NCBI GenBank assembly: GCA_016212525.1
Contig: JACRGD010000005.1
Coordinates: 1,300 to 65,299 of the forward strand
Direction of reading: 5' to 3'
Origin: Candidatus Micrarchaeota archaeon
GTDB lineage: Archaea; Micrarchaeota; Micrarchaeia; Anstonellales; Bilamarchaeaceae
DNA: 64,000 nucleotides
The notes beneath the pieces are model-generated. The model was not told the DNA's origin. It did not search any database and worked only from the letters and a program-made list of their open reading frames with translations. This document shows positions 39,255-48,326 of the stretch, one piece after another. Both the position numbers and the translations under genes were made by a program. The stretch's first letter is position 1; each line of letters starts with the position of its first letter.

Positions 39255-39418
39255 CTGTGGTTACTGGGTTCACAAAATCAGTATCAAAAAAAGGCTTTTT
39301 CCTCATTTGATTTTATCAATTTTACTTTTTTCATCGATCAACAATCTTTTCTATGTACTTAAATTCACACGAAAATCAACACGCTCACTAATTTAATGGT
39401 CTCCTGAAAATACCCCAT

Positions 39419-39919
39419 ATGATTCGAAAAACCCACTTCCTGGTGATAATCGTTTTCTTTTTGGTATTCACAACTGCCGTTTACTCGGCTAGTTGCGCGC
39501 AAAAAAGCTATACGACTTCGTGTTTAAAATGTACTTTTGATAAAGATGGAAAAATGGATCAGGCCTGTTATCAGAAATATCAGGATAGTGGAGTGGCATG
39601 TCTTTTTTCTGCCTACCCAATCGAAAGCATACAATACAAAATGGGTAACTGTCCGGCTATCGATGTCTGTGTGGATCGGCTCAACACTTGCAAAGCACTC
39701 TATACTCAGGGTAATGACAAATTCGATTGCGATTCCGATTCCATAAATCACTGTTTTGTACGTGGGGATGCGTGTGTTGCACGGGCTGTTAAAGACTGTA
39801 GCGGAACTCCACCTGGAGATCTGGCTAATGATTTGCCTCCGGCAAGTTTTTGCGATGGATTTTTCTTTTTCATTGCATTATTTGCCGGCTTGTTATTTGT
39901 GAAAAATAGAAGGGTCTGA
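39419..39919 (+). CDS. Cys-rich secreted protein with C-terminal membrane anchor
   Basis: Signal peptide, 13 Cys, ends C-DG-hydrophobic stretch-KNRRV. Confidence 0.7.
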   Translation: MIRKTHFLVIIVFFLVFTTAVYSASCAQKSYTTSCLKCTFDKDGKMDQACYQKYQDSGVACLFSAYPIESIQYKMGNCPAIDVCVDRLNTCKALYTQGNDKFDCDSDSINHCFVRGDACVARAVKDCSGTPPGDLANDLPPASFCDGFFFFIALFAGLLFVKNRRV

Positions 39920-39957
39920 TCTGCTTTCTTAAGAACTTTGGGGTTCTGCGTGATATT

Positions 39958-41967
39958 ATGAAAAATCTTCCAGTAAAACGAATCGTGTTCTATAAACATG
40001 GTGTTGGGCATATCGAGCGAAGAGGTAAAATTTCCGATTCCTCGATCGATCTGAGTTTTCCCGTCTCATCTATGAATGACATTCTCAAAAGCCTCACGGT
40101 TATTGATGGCTCGGGTAAGGTCGTGTGCGTCAGCTATGATTCTCATCGGCCAACAAGTGAGCTGATGAAAAATGCACTTGTAATTCCAGATGGCGAGGGT
40201 TTGGTGGGACTGCTCAGGATGCTCGTTGGAGAAGAAATCAAGATCGTGGCCACTAAGACCTTTGCCGGTAAGGTTGTTTCTGTTTCAGAGCAATCACTGG
40301 ATCTTGGATCTGACAATAGTGTTGTGATCAATTCCGAGCTTTCTGTTTCCGCCCAGCTCTCACTAATGGCAGCAGACGGCTCGATCGATCTTATCACAGT
40401 TTCGGATATCAAATCCCTCGAAATCCTTTCTTCCTCTGTAGTAGATGATCTTAAATATTTCCTTGAACTCTCATCTTCTTCAAGAAAGGACGGCATAAAA
40501 AACGTGACCGTTGTACTTGACAACCAGAAATCCCACGACCTTAGCATCAGCTATCTTTCAGAAATGCCGATCTGGCGGGTTTCCTATCGATTTGTCTATG
40601 AAAAAAACAATTCTCTTATTCAGGGTTGGGGTATTGTAGACAATCCATTGCAGGAAGATCTCGAAAACATAGAAGTAAGTTTGGTTGCTGGCCAGCCGGT
40701 TTCATTTGTCTATGATTTCTACGCTCCTCCGTTGGCCAATCGTCCTTATATCTGCGAGCAGCCACGGGCAGTTGCGAATGCAGTCGAGTTTGATGTTGCA
40801 TCCCAGCCTGCCCCTGCGCCATATAAAATGGCAGAATCCGCGGATTATGCTTCTGAGAATGAGGCTGCCGGGCCACGGGATCGCTCTCGAGCCAGTCCCA
40901 AAATGGCCATGTCTCCCGCCTCTTATGCTCCAGGTGCTGGTTTTGCACCTTCCATGTCTTCCTCATCAATGCAATCGAGCATTTCTAGCTCTGCATCAGG
41001 AGCTCAGGTTGGCTCGTTCTTCAAATATGATGTTTTGACACCCGTGACGATCAAGCGGGGTCAGAGTTCGATGCTTCCTATTTTGGGTCAGAAGATCGCT
41101 GCTGATCGTCTTTTACTTTACAATTATGATAAGAATCCAAGCAACCCTGTTGTCTCGCTTCGATTTTTGAACAAGACCGGACTTACTCTCGAGCGCGGGC
41201 CGCTCACTGTCTTTGAAGAAGGAAGTTATGCAGGCGAGGCTATTTTGGCATTTACTGAGTCTGGCGCAGAGCAGATAATTGCATATGCAACTGAGCTGGG
41301 AGTCAAAATCGACCGGAGTTCGAGCACATCGAGCGAATTCAAGTCTGCATATCTTTCGGGCTGGTATCTTATTACTATAAACTTCGAGAAAAGTTACTTC
41401 ACATATCGAATCCAGAACAACAAACCCACGCCTGTTTCGGTCATGGTTGAGCATCCAAAGTCCTCGGGATACGTGCTCCTGGATACCAAAAAACCCGATG
41501 AAGAAACCGCAACAACTTATCGGTGGAAAGTAGACGTTCCTGCGTCCAAATTTGTCGAGTTCCAGGTCATTTTAACTAGAGAAACATCATACAGCGAGCA
41601 TTTGCAAAATCTTTCCGGATCTATAATCGAGAGTTATATGCATAATGGCAGGCTTTCGAAAGATCTCTTTGCTAAACTTGGCTACTCGAGCACCCGGTAT
41701 CAGAAAATAAAAGACCTTAATCAGGAAAAACTGGACTTAGAGGCCGAGCGAAAGCGATTTTTGGAGGAACAGAGTCGTCTGCGTGAGAATATCTCTTCGC
41801 TTTCCAATTCGATGGAAGAAGCTGCCCTGCGTAAGAAATATGTGGCTCAGATGGATTCTCAGGAAACCCGAATACAACAAATTCAAAAGCGTGTTACTGA
41901 GATTGAATCTACAATTAGGACCTTGAACAAGGAAATTGCAGATTTCGTTGCTACTTTATCTAAGTAA
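39958..41967 (+). CDS. DUF4140/DUF4139-like protein with C-terminal coiled coil
   Basis: LPVKRIVFYKHGVG, MNDILKSL, W..SYR, GW.IVDN, TGLTLERGP, EQSRLRENI. Confidence 0.75.
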   Translation: MKNLPVKRIVFYKHGVGHIERRGKISDSSIDLSFPVSSMNDILKSLTVIDGSGKVVCVSYDSHRPTSELMKNALVIPDGEGLVGLLRMLVGEEIKIVATKTFAGKVVSVSEQSLDLGSDNSVVINSELSVSAQLSLMAADGSIDLITVSDIKSLEILSSSVVDDLKYFLELSSSSRKDGIKNVTVVLDNQKSHDLSISYLSEMPIWRVSYRFVYEKNNSLIQGWGIVDNPLQEDLENIEVSLVAGQPVSFVYDFYAPPLANRPYICEQPRAVANAVEFDVASQPAPAPYKMAESADYASENEAAGPRDRSRASPKMAMSPASYAPGAGFAPSMSSSSMQSSISSSASGAQVGSFFKYDVLTPVTIKRGQSSMLPILGQKIAADRLLLYNYDKNPSNPVVSLRFLNKTGLTLERGPLTVFEEGSYAGEAILAFTESGAEQIIAYATELGVKIDRSSSTSSEFKSAYLSGWYLITINFEKSYFTYRIQNNKPTPVSVMVEHPKSSGYVLLDTKKPDEETATTYRWKVDVPASKFVEFQVILTRETSYSEHLQNLSGSIIESYMHNGRLSKDLFAKLGYSSTRYQKIKDLNQEKLDLEAERKRFLEEQSRLRENISSLSNSMEEAALRKKYVAQMDSQETRIQQIQKRVTEIESTIRTLNKEIADFVATLSK

Positions 41968-42026
41968 TCTCTCTTTCTTTTAATCTATATAATAAGAAAA
42001 CAATAAGAAAATATAAAAATAAGAAA

Positions 42027-42419
42027 TTATTGAACCCTTCTTGGGACTGCGTTTCTTGCTTCTGGAGTATTATTCGCAACTACCGTTCTGATCATTTGGT
42101 CGATTAACTGATGTTGTCTATCTGGTGATGGCTCTAATTGTAGTGCGACTAAATCCAGGCATATCCTTGCCGCTTCGAAATTTCCATCTCTGCGGTATCC
42201 TTGTGCCATTCTTAAGTATTCCGTTGCTCTGTCTGATGCTTCTTGACTTAGTCTCGGAGGCATATGGTTTAATATTTCCGAGACTTGACTATTGAGGCTT
42301 CTCTCAATCTGTCCTGTCGAAGTTACCAATTGTCTACTCATATTATTAAGCTCCTCTGTCACTCTGTTTCTTTCGCTGTTACTCATAGATCTTGCCGTCG
42401 TCATTTGGAAAATCAACAT
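42027..42419 (-). CDS. Hypothetical lysine-free protein
   Basis: 130-aa ORF with GGTGA SD; no Lys residue. Confidence 0.65.
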   Translation of the reverse strand: MLIFQMTTARSMSNSERNRVTEELNNMSRQLVTSTGQIERSLNSQVSEILNHMPPRLSQEASDRATEYLRMAQGYRRDGNFEAARICLDLVALQLEPSPDRQHQLIDQMIRTVVANNTPEARNAVPRRVQ

Positions 42420-42494
42420 ACCATTTCACCAGTTTGGTTTTTGGATTTAAGGTTTTTATGTGTTTTGGTCTCCGTGTTCTCGTGTTAGCTAATG

Positions 42495-42700
42495 TTCCTC
42501 TTCGCATCGCTACGCTCCGATCGCAGCTTCGCGTCACTTCGCTCGCGAAACCTGCTTTAGCACAGGTAGCTTCGCAGACCTTCACTCTGCTTCGCCTCCT
42601 TTTGGTCGGCTCGCGGCTGCTCGTCGCTACTCTCCGATCGCGTCGCAAAGCTGGCGCTTCGCTCAAGCGTCGTCGTCCCTTCGGGACGACTCGCGCTTCC
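42495..42700. repeat. GC-rich nested palindrome/hairpin cluster
   Basis: Direct repeat TCGCTAC(G/T)CTCCGATCGC at 42507 and 42624; hairpin GTCGTCCC-TTC-GGGACGAC at 42672; several CTTCG...CTCG units. Confidence 0.75.
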
Positions 42701-42755
42701 GCGGAAATGAGGTGCTGGTTTTTCTTTATATACTCGCTAAACTCTCTTCTTCTTT

Positions 42756-43763
42756 ATGAGTTTTGTTTTAGGAAATTATTTAGTTGATCTGCTTGATTCA
42801 GATGATAAAAAAGAGTCATCTCTGTATCTAAATAATGCTGGTTGGTTAGTGCGAGAAATATGGTGTGATTTGTTATTGTATTCACCGAATTTTAATCAGA
42901 CTCGGCTTTCACTCTCTATTGCTTTAGGTATTAGCAACAACTCTGGCGCTTTATATGCTTACAAAAATAATCGAAAAGCAATATCAATTGAAACTCTGCT
43001 CATTTTACTATATTTCTGGAAACACTGTCTAAATAAATCTGATGCGGATTTGCACAAACGCCTCGATGAATTTTTTTATCGTGAGGATTGGACTCTTTCT
43101 ACTCATTCCAAAAATCAAAAAACTCGAGTACCAAAAGTTATCTCACCAAAACTCGCATATCTGATGGGTTGGATGGTAGGGGATGGTCATCTTAAAAAAT
43201 CTCACAACTATCTTGTAAAACTAAGCGAAAAATCTACTGATCAACTAAATTTCGTCTTAAAGCCCCTATTCAAGGAACTCTTTGATATTAATGTGCCTAT
43301 CTTTAGGCGTTATAAGAATGGATATGCTCTCCAAGTTGGTTCAAAACCCATTTATCGTTTTTTTAAAAATGTTCTTCAGTTAAAAACTGGCAAAATTCCT
43401 GACCTTGTCTGGCATTTCGATGCTTTAAATAAGCGTTATTTTTTAATGGGTGTTTTTGATGCTGAAGGTCATGTTATCTGTTCTTCTACTTGCCGCAGGG
43501 TGGCTATCTCTCAAAAGGACCCTGTTTTTTTAGAGCAACTCAGAATAATTGGTTCTAGTTTAGGCGTTTTATTTAACTCTCCTGTCAAACACGTGACTCG
43601 TTTAGGTGTTTGGTATTCTATTAATCTTGGATCTACTGTTCAGACACGCAATTTTGCCTCACATGTTGGATCTTTACATGTGGAAAAATCAAAAAAGTTA
43701 GAAAAGTTGGTGACTAGGATAGGATCAAGTGAATCTTGTAGGTCCTCTATCTTATACGGGTAA
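42756..43763 (+). CDS. Free-standing double-motif LAGLIDADG endonuclease
   Basis: LAYLMGWMVGDGH and FLMGVFDAEGH; no intein splice residues or host exons seen. Confidence 0.88.
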   Translation: MSFVLGNYLVDLLDSDDKKESSLYLNNAGWLVREIWCDLLLYSPNFNQTRLSLSIALGISNNSGALYAYKNNRKAISIETLLILLYFWKHCLNKSDADLHKRLDEFFYREDWTLSTHSKNQKTRVPKVISPKLAYLMGWMVGDGHLKKSHNYLVKLSEKSTDQLNFVLKPLFKELFDINVPIFRRYKNGYALQVGSKPIYRFFKNVLQLKTGKIPDLVWHFDALNKRYFLMGVFDAEGHVICSSTCRRVAISQKDPVFLEQLRIIGSSLGVLFNSPVKHVTRLGVWYSINLGSTVQTRNFASHVGSLHVEKSKKLEKLVTRIGSSESCRSSILYG

Positions 43764-43825
43764 TAAGCTAGTGGGTGGGTCGTTGGTGTTTATATGGATT
43801 ATTGTGCTGTCTGAGGGTGTTTTGT

Positions 43826-43880
43826 ATGATTTTGGTAAGTCGAGTTGTGGAATGTGGCGCTGATGATTTTGGTAAGTCGA
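43826..43880 (+). repeat. 18-bp direct repeat ATGATTTTGGTAAGTCGA, two copies
   Basis: Copies at 43826-43843 and 43863-43880. Confidence 0.8.
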
Positions 43881-43919
43881 AAGGAGTTAGCCGAGTTGAT
43901 GTCTGTCTTGGTGTGCTGA

Positions 43920-44084
43920 TTGCATGAAACATACCATACCAAAGACGAGGTTATGATAATTGAAGATCTAATAGAAGATCTTTTGTCTTTTAATCCAATA
44001 TTCATTAAAGAGATTGAAAATCGTCGACAAGAATCTAAGGCTCATGTTGTGTCTCTAAACGATCTTCGAAAAAAGATTAAGTAG
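43920..44084 (+). pseudogene. Probable truncated antitoxin remnant
   Basis: 54-codon frame ...IIEDLIEDLLSFNPIFIKEIENRRQESKAHVVSLNDLRKKIK resembles archaeal antitoxin C-termini; no N-terminal DNA-binding part or toxin. Confidence 0.4.
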
Positions 44085-44105
44085 TTAGTCTAGTCCAAAT
44101 ATTTC

Positions 44106-45110
44106 CTATTTTTTCAATTCTTTAATTATATTTTGAATCATTTCGCTCGTTTTCGCAGTTCCACCAACATCCTTGGTCTTAATTCCCTTTTCATAAGTTG
44201 CATCTATTGCGTTTTCGAGTTGTTTTGCCTCTGCACTGTGACCTAGATATTCAAGCATCATTGCAGTTGCCCTAAGCATTCCTGTCGGGTTAACGACGTC
44301 CATTCCAGCATATTTAGGTGCAGAGCCATGAACTGGTTCAAATAATGCATGTTTAAGTCCAATATTGGCTGAAGGCGCGACACCAAGACCTCCAATTAGT
44401 GCAGATGCCTCGTCAGAAAGTATGTCTCCAAACAAGTTTGTCGTTACGATAACTTCGAAATCTGTTGGTGATTTGATTAATCGCATGGCTACCGAATCAA
44501 CTAGGGCATCTTCGCAAACTATTTCTTTGTACTCTGATGCCACATTGCGACCAACTTCGAGAAACAATCCATCGCTCTTTCTTAGTACATTTGCCTTGTG
44601 GACCAGTGTGACTTTTTTGAATCCTTTGGCTTTTGCCTCATCAAAAGCGAATCTGACGATCCGCTCGCTGCCTTTGCGGGTTATGACTCGAAGCGACGTA
44701 GCCCGGTCGGCTGTGGCTTCTTCAATTCCGCTATACATGCCCTCAGTATTCTCGCGAACGATGACAAAATTGAGTTTTGGAAATGGTAAATCGACATTTG
44801 GAAGCGAGACAAAAGGCCGCAAATTGGCATACAAATCAAGTGCCTTTCGCAAGCCAATTATCGCACTTTTATAATTCTCTATATTTGGGGGAGTAGTTAC
44901 TGCACAAAAGAGTATCGCATCGCATTCTTTCGCCTTGTTTACTGTTTCGTTTGGTAGTGCAGTTCCGTGTTTTTTGTATGTTTCGTATCCTGCTTCGCCC
45001 TCTATCCATTCTACTTCAACAAGTGCATCGACAACCTTGCGTGCATGTGCCATCAATTCAGGCCCGACTCCATCGCCATTGATGAACATTACTTTCTTTT
45101 TTGGTGTCAT
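44106..45110 (-). CDS. Homoisocitrate / 3-isopropylmalate dehydrogenase family
   Basis: GDGVGPE, LYANLRP, VRENTEG.Y, HKANV, NLFGDILSD, FEPVHGSAP; lys-operon context. Confidence 0.92.
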   Translation of the reverse strand: MTPKKKVMFINGDGVGPELMAHARKVVDALVEVEWIEGEAGYETYKKHGTALPNETVNKAKECDAILFCAVTTPPNIENYKSAIIGLRKALDLYANLRPFVSLPNVDLPFPKLNFVIVRENTEGMYSGIEEATADRATSLRVITRKGSERIVRFAFDEAKAKGFKKVTLVHKANVLRKSDGLFLEVGRNVASEYKEIVCEDALVDSVAMRLIKSPTDFEVIVTTNLFGDILSDEASALIGGLGVAPSANIGLKHALFEPVHGSAPKYAGMDVVNPTGMLRATAMMLEYLGHSAEAKQLENAIDATYEKGIKTKDVGGTAKTSEMIQNIIKELKK

Positions 45111-45604
45111 TTGGCTCCCTCTAGTTCTTCAAGTTTGTGGTGCTTAAGGAATCCCAGTATTCCTCCGTATTCCTTGAACTTTTTGACAATTGGAGAGACG
45201 ACTACGGGTGCAGTTTTGTTCTTTGTTTTGTTTATGATCTGCGTATCTGTGATCTCAATCTGATCTTCTTCAGAAATGGCATCAACAAACTCGCTGGGGG
45301 CAACCAGGGCAACGACTCCGTTGTTTATGCAGTTACGATAGAAAATCCTTGCAAACGACTTTGCAATAATGGCCGAAATTCTATTGGCCTTAAATGCCAT
45401 GACTGCCGTCTCACGAGAAGAGCCGCAGCCAAAGTTTCTTCCTCCTACGACAATATCTCCTGGTTTCACCTGCTTTGCATACTCCGGTCGGTGCTCGATA
45501 AATGCAATTTTTCCCAGTTCTTCTATGTCATTTGTCATGTTATATCTGCCCGGAGTCATCAAATCCGTATTTATAGAATCGCCAAATTTCCAAATTCTCG
45601 TCAT
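45107..45604 (-). CDS. Homoaconitase / isopropylmalate isomerase small subunit
   Basis: WKFGD.INTD..PGRY, NFGCGSSRE, SFARIFYRN. Confidence 0.92.
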   Translation of the reverse strand: MTRIWKFGDSINTDLMTPGRYNMTNDIEELGKIAFIEHRPEYAKQVKPGDIVVGGRNFGCGSSRETAVMAFKANRISAIIAKSFARIFYRNCINNGVVALVAPSEFVDAISEEDQIEITDTQIINKTKNKTAPVVVSPIVKKFKEYGGILGFLKHHKLEELEGAK

Positions 45605-45655
45605 AATAATCATCTCTATTTTCCTTTATTTCTCCATTTCTTTTGCGTTTTCTTT

Positions 45656-46909
45656 CTATCTTTGCATGTATTTTCTTGGATCTGCAATTTTTCCTGCAAT
45701 TGCCGATGCAACTGCTGTTGCCGGAGATGCCAGGTATATTTGCGCCTTGGGTGATCCCATTCTCCCGGTAAAGTTTCGATTGCTGGTGCTGACACACACG
45801 TCATTATCATCAAGAACTCCCATGTGCCGGCCAAGACATGCTCCGCATCCGGGAGAAGTTACTATTGCTCCCGCCTTTGAAAATTCTTCCAAATATCCCG
45901 CACGTAGCGCCTGCTCATAGACCTGTCTGCTTGCGGGAGTTACGAACATTTTTATCCCGTCTGCAACTTTTCTGCCCTTAATCATCTTGTATGCAATTTC
46001 CAAATCCTCAATTCTGCAGTTTGTACACGAACCAAGGAAAACCTGAGTAATTTCGGTTCCCTCGACCTGACTAACCGGAACATCACGGTCTATGTCCGGT
46101 GGTTTAGCGACCGTTGGTTCAATCTTTGAAATGTCATAAGTTAGAACGTCTGCGAATTGGGCATCTGGATCTGATCTAAGGAATTCGAACTGCTGAGCTC
46201 TGCCCTGGATTTCTAAGTATCTTGCAGTCTGCTCGTCTGCCGGGACAATGCCTGTTTTAGCACCCATTTCCGCGCACATATTACATAGGGTCAGCCGCGA
46301 TGGAACGTTCATTTTCGTCAGAGCCTTTCCGCCAAATTCAATGACCTTGTAGTTCGCTCCCTCTGCTGAAAGCTCCTTTGCGATCGAGAGGATGACATCT
46401 TTAGTATAGACTCCAAAATCAAGCGAACCTTCAAGATTAATCTTAATGGTTTCCGGTACTCGAACCCATGCTTTTCCGGTTGCCATTGCTACTGCAGCAT
46501 CGGTTGATCCAAAACCCGCGCAGAAAGCTCCCAACCCGCCGCCTGTTGGCGTGTGGCTGTCGGCTCCCAAAAGGAATGTATTGGGTCGTAGGAATCGTTC
46601 GGCCATGACCTGATGACAGACTCCATCTGTGTATATCTTGATTCCCTGTTCTTTTGCAAATTGTCTGATTTTTGTGTGGAGCGCTGCTGCCTGGGTACTT
46701 GGAGCCGGATATGCATGATCAAAGAAAATATGGATTTTATCCGGATCAAAAACTTTCTTTGCGATCTGATGAAACGGGTCTATTGCCCATGCGCACGTTG
46801 TATCATGCGCCAGAACATAATCGACATTGACTACTGCCAAATCGCCAATCGAAACTTTTCTGCCTGCTTTGGAAGAGAATATTTTTTCCGTTATAGTCTG
46901 TCCGCTCAT
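45656..46909 (-). CDS. Homoaconitase / isopropylmalate isomerase large subunit
   Basis: DH, GVCHQV, GADSHT, GSCTN, PGCGACLG, SNRNF.GRMG. Confidence 0.93.
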   Translation of the reverse strand: MSGQTITEKIFSSKAGRKVSIGDLAVVNVDYVLAHDTTCAWAIDPFHQIAKKVFDPDKIHIFFDHAYPAPSTQAAALHTKIRQFAKEQGIKIYTDGVCHQVMAERFLRPNTFLLGADSHTPTGGGLGAFCAGFGSTDAAVAMATGKAWVRVPETIKINLEGSLDFGVYTKDVILSIAKELSAEGANYKVIEFGGKALTKMNVPSRLTLCNMCAEMGAKTGIVPADEQTARYLEIQGRAQQFEFLRSDPDAQFADVLTYDISKIEPTVAKPPDIDRDVPVSQVEGTEITQVFLGSCTNCRIEDLEIAYKMIKGRKVADGIKMFVTPASRQVYEQALRAGYLEEFSKAGAIVTSPGCGACLGRHMGVLDDNDVCVSTSNRNFTGRMGSPKAQIYLASPATAVASAIAGKIADPRKYMQR

Positions 46910-46970
46910 AAAATTCAACTCTGATGTTCCATTTCGCTCCGTTATTTTCTATTTTCCCCGTTTTGTTTTC

Positions 46971-47222
46971 TTATTTCTGATGACTCTCGAGAACCAGATA
47001 TGTGCTGGTTTCAGTAACGCCCTTACATGCCCGAATTGCCTCGAGAGTGTCGTTCACCTGTTTGACCGAATGCGATTTGACAAGAACCATCAAGTCATAT
47101 GCTCCTGTAAGTTCCCAAACCTGGCTAACTCCCGAAATGGGCATTATGCCTGCAACTATGTCTGCAGTCTTTATTTTTTCCTCTGTTACTACTCCGATGA
47201 TTACGCTTACTGTGTTTTCCAT
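46971..47222 (-). CDS. Stand-alone Lrp/AsnC ligand-binding (RAM) domain
   Basis: V.ELTGAYDL.V, GV.ET.T.LVL; no HTH. Confidence 0.85.
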   Translation of the reverse strand: MENTVSVIIGVVTEEKIKTADIVAGIMPISGVSQVWELTGAYDLMVLVKSHSVKQVNDTLEAIRACKGVTETSTYLVLESHQK

Positions 47223-47243
47223 GTCTCTACACCCATACAAATA

Positions 47244-48326
47244 TTACAATTCAAATTCAAATACGTCTCCTTTCTTTTCCTTTAGTCTTGCAATTGCCTT
47301 TTCTATTTGTGAATCGCTTAGGCCAAGCTTTAATTCAGATGAAAGATATTTGATGACATTTCTGCCAGAATATTCTCCGACAACAAATCTTCTTCTCTGT
47401 CCGACCGTTTCTGGAGAAAATGCCTCGTATGCCTTTCCATCTGATTTAAGAACCGCGCCAAGATGCGTTCCGCCTTTATGTCTAAAGACGCTCTCTCCGA
47501 CCACTGGACTAAATGCATCGCAATAGAGGCCCGTGTAATCTCCAAATAATTTCGAGAGGTGATGCAATCTTGTTACATTAAGGTCCGTTCGCTGATCATA
47601 AAGGACCCGCAATGCCATAGCCACTTCTGCTAGTTTTGGTATTCCTGCCCGCTCGCCCGCGCCATTTATGCATGCGTGTATGCAATTGGCTCCAGCTTCT
47701 ACTCCTGCGAGCGAGTTTGCTAATGCAAGGCCCAAATCATTGTGGCAATGAACGTCCAGATTGGCTTTTGGAACCTGCTGGTGGACTTCCGAGACAAGTG
47801 AATACATTGACGAGGGTGTCATTATTCCAACTGTATCCGTTATCGAAATCCGGTCTGCACCCCGCTCGTGTACTGCCTTGACCATTTCTGCGAGATATTT
47901 AGCATCTGTTCTGGACGCATCCTCGCATGTGAATCGCATCTTTAGCCCGTGGCTCTTGGCATAATCGATCGATTCGCCCGCCCGATTTAGTGCATCTTCC
48001 CTTGTTGTATGTAATTTGTGCTCCAGATGAATGTCGGAAGTCGAGAGAAATATCGCAATCCATTCTGGATCCAGTTTTAGTAAGAGGTCGATGTCGCTCT
48101 TCATCGCTCTCCCATGGAGTATTAGTTTGGCCTTAAGGCTCGCGTCTTTGAGCTCTTTTGCAGTTTCCATCATGCTTTGCGAGACGATCGGTGAGAGCTC
48201 GATAAAATCGACTCCAAGCGCATCTAATTCCGTTCCTATTTTTACTGCCTGCTCCTTGCTAAAGCGAACTTTAGTTGCCTGCTGTCCTTCCCGAAGAGTA
48301 GAGTCTAATATGAGTATCTTGTCCAT
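47244..48326 (-). CDS. Homocitrate synthase
   Basis: LDSTLREGQQ, EDASR, DTVG, HCHNDLGLALAN, GERAG; lys-operon context. Confidence 0.9.
   Translation of the reverse strand: MDKILILDSTLREGQQATKVRFSKEQAVKIGTELDALGVDFIELSPIVSQSMMETAKELKDASLKAKLILHGRAMKSDIDLLLKLDPEWIAIFLSTSDIHLEHKLHTTREDALNRAGESIDYAKSHGLKMRFTCEDASRTDAKYLAEMVKAVHERGADRISITDTVGIMTPSSMYSLVSEVHQQVPKANLDVHCHNDLGLALANSLAGVEAGANCIHACINGAGERAGIPKLAEVAMALRVLYDQRTDLNVTRLHHLSKLFGDYTGLYCDAFSPVVGESVFRHKGGTHLGAVLKSDGKAYEAFSPETVGQRRRFVVGEYSGRNVIKYLSSELKLGLSDSQIEKAIARLKEKKGDVFEFEL

Noticed and set aside
42379-42787. Arg-rich ORFs on both strands over the palindrome cluster
   Set aside because: Stop-poor GC-rich repeat DNA with low-complexity translations
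42756-43763. Intein
   Set aside because: No N-terminal C/S block, no HN terminus and no flanking extein frame
43826-43880. Mini CRISPR array
   Set aside because: Only two 18-bp repeats with a 19-bp spacer and no cas genes
43705-43900. SRP RNA, 5S rRNA or HDV-like ribozyme
   Set aside because: Loose resemblance only; SRP helix-8 loop, 5S helices IV/V and HDV L3/P2 requirements are not met by eye
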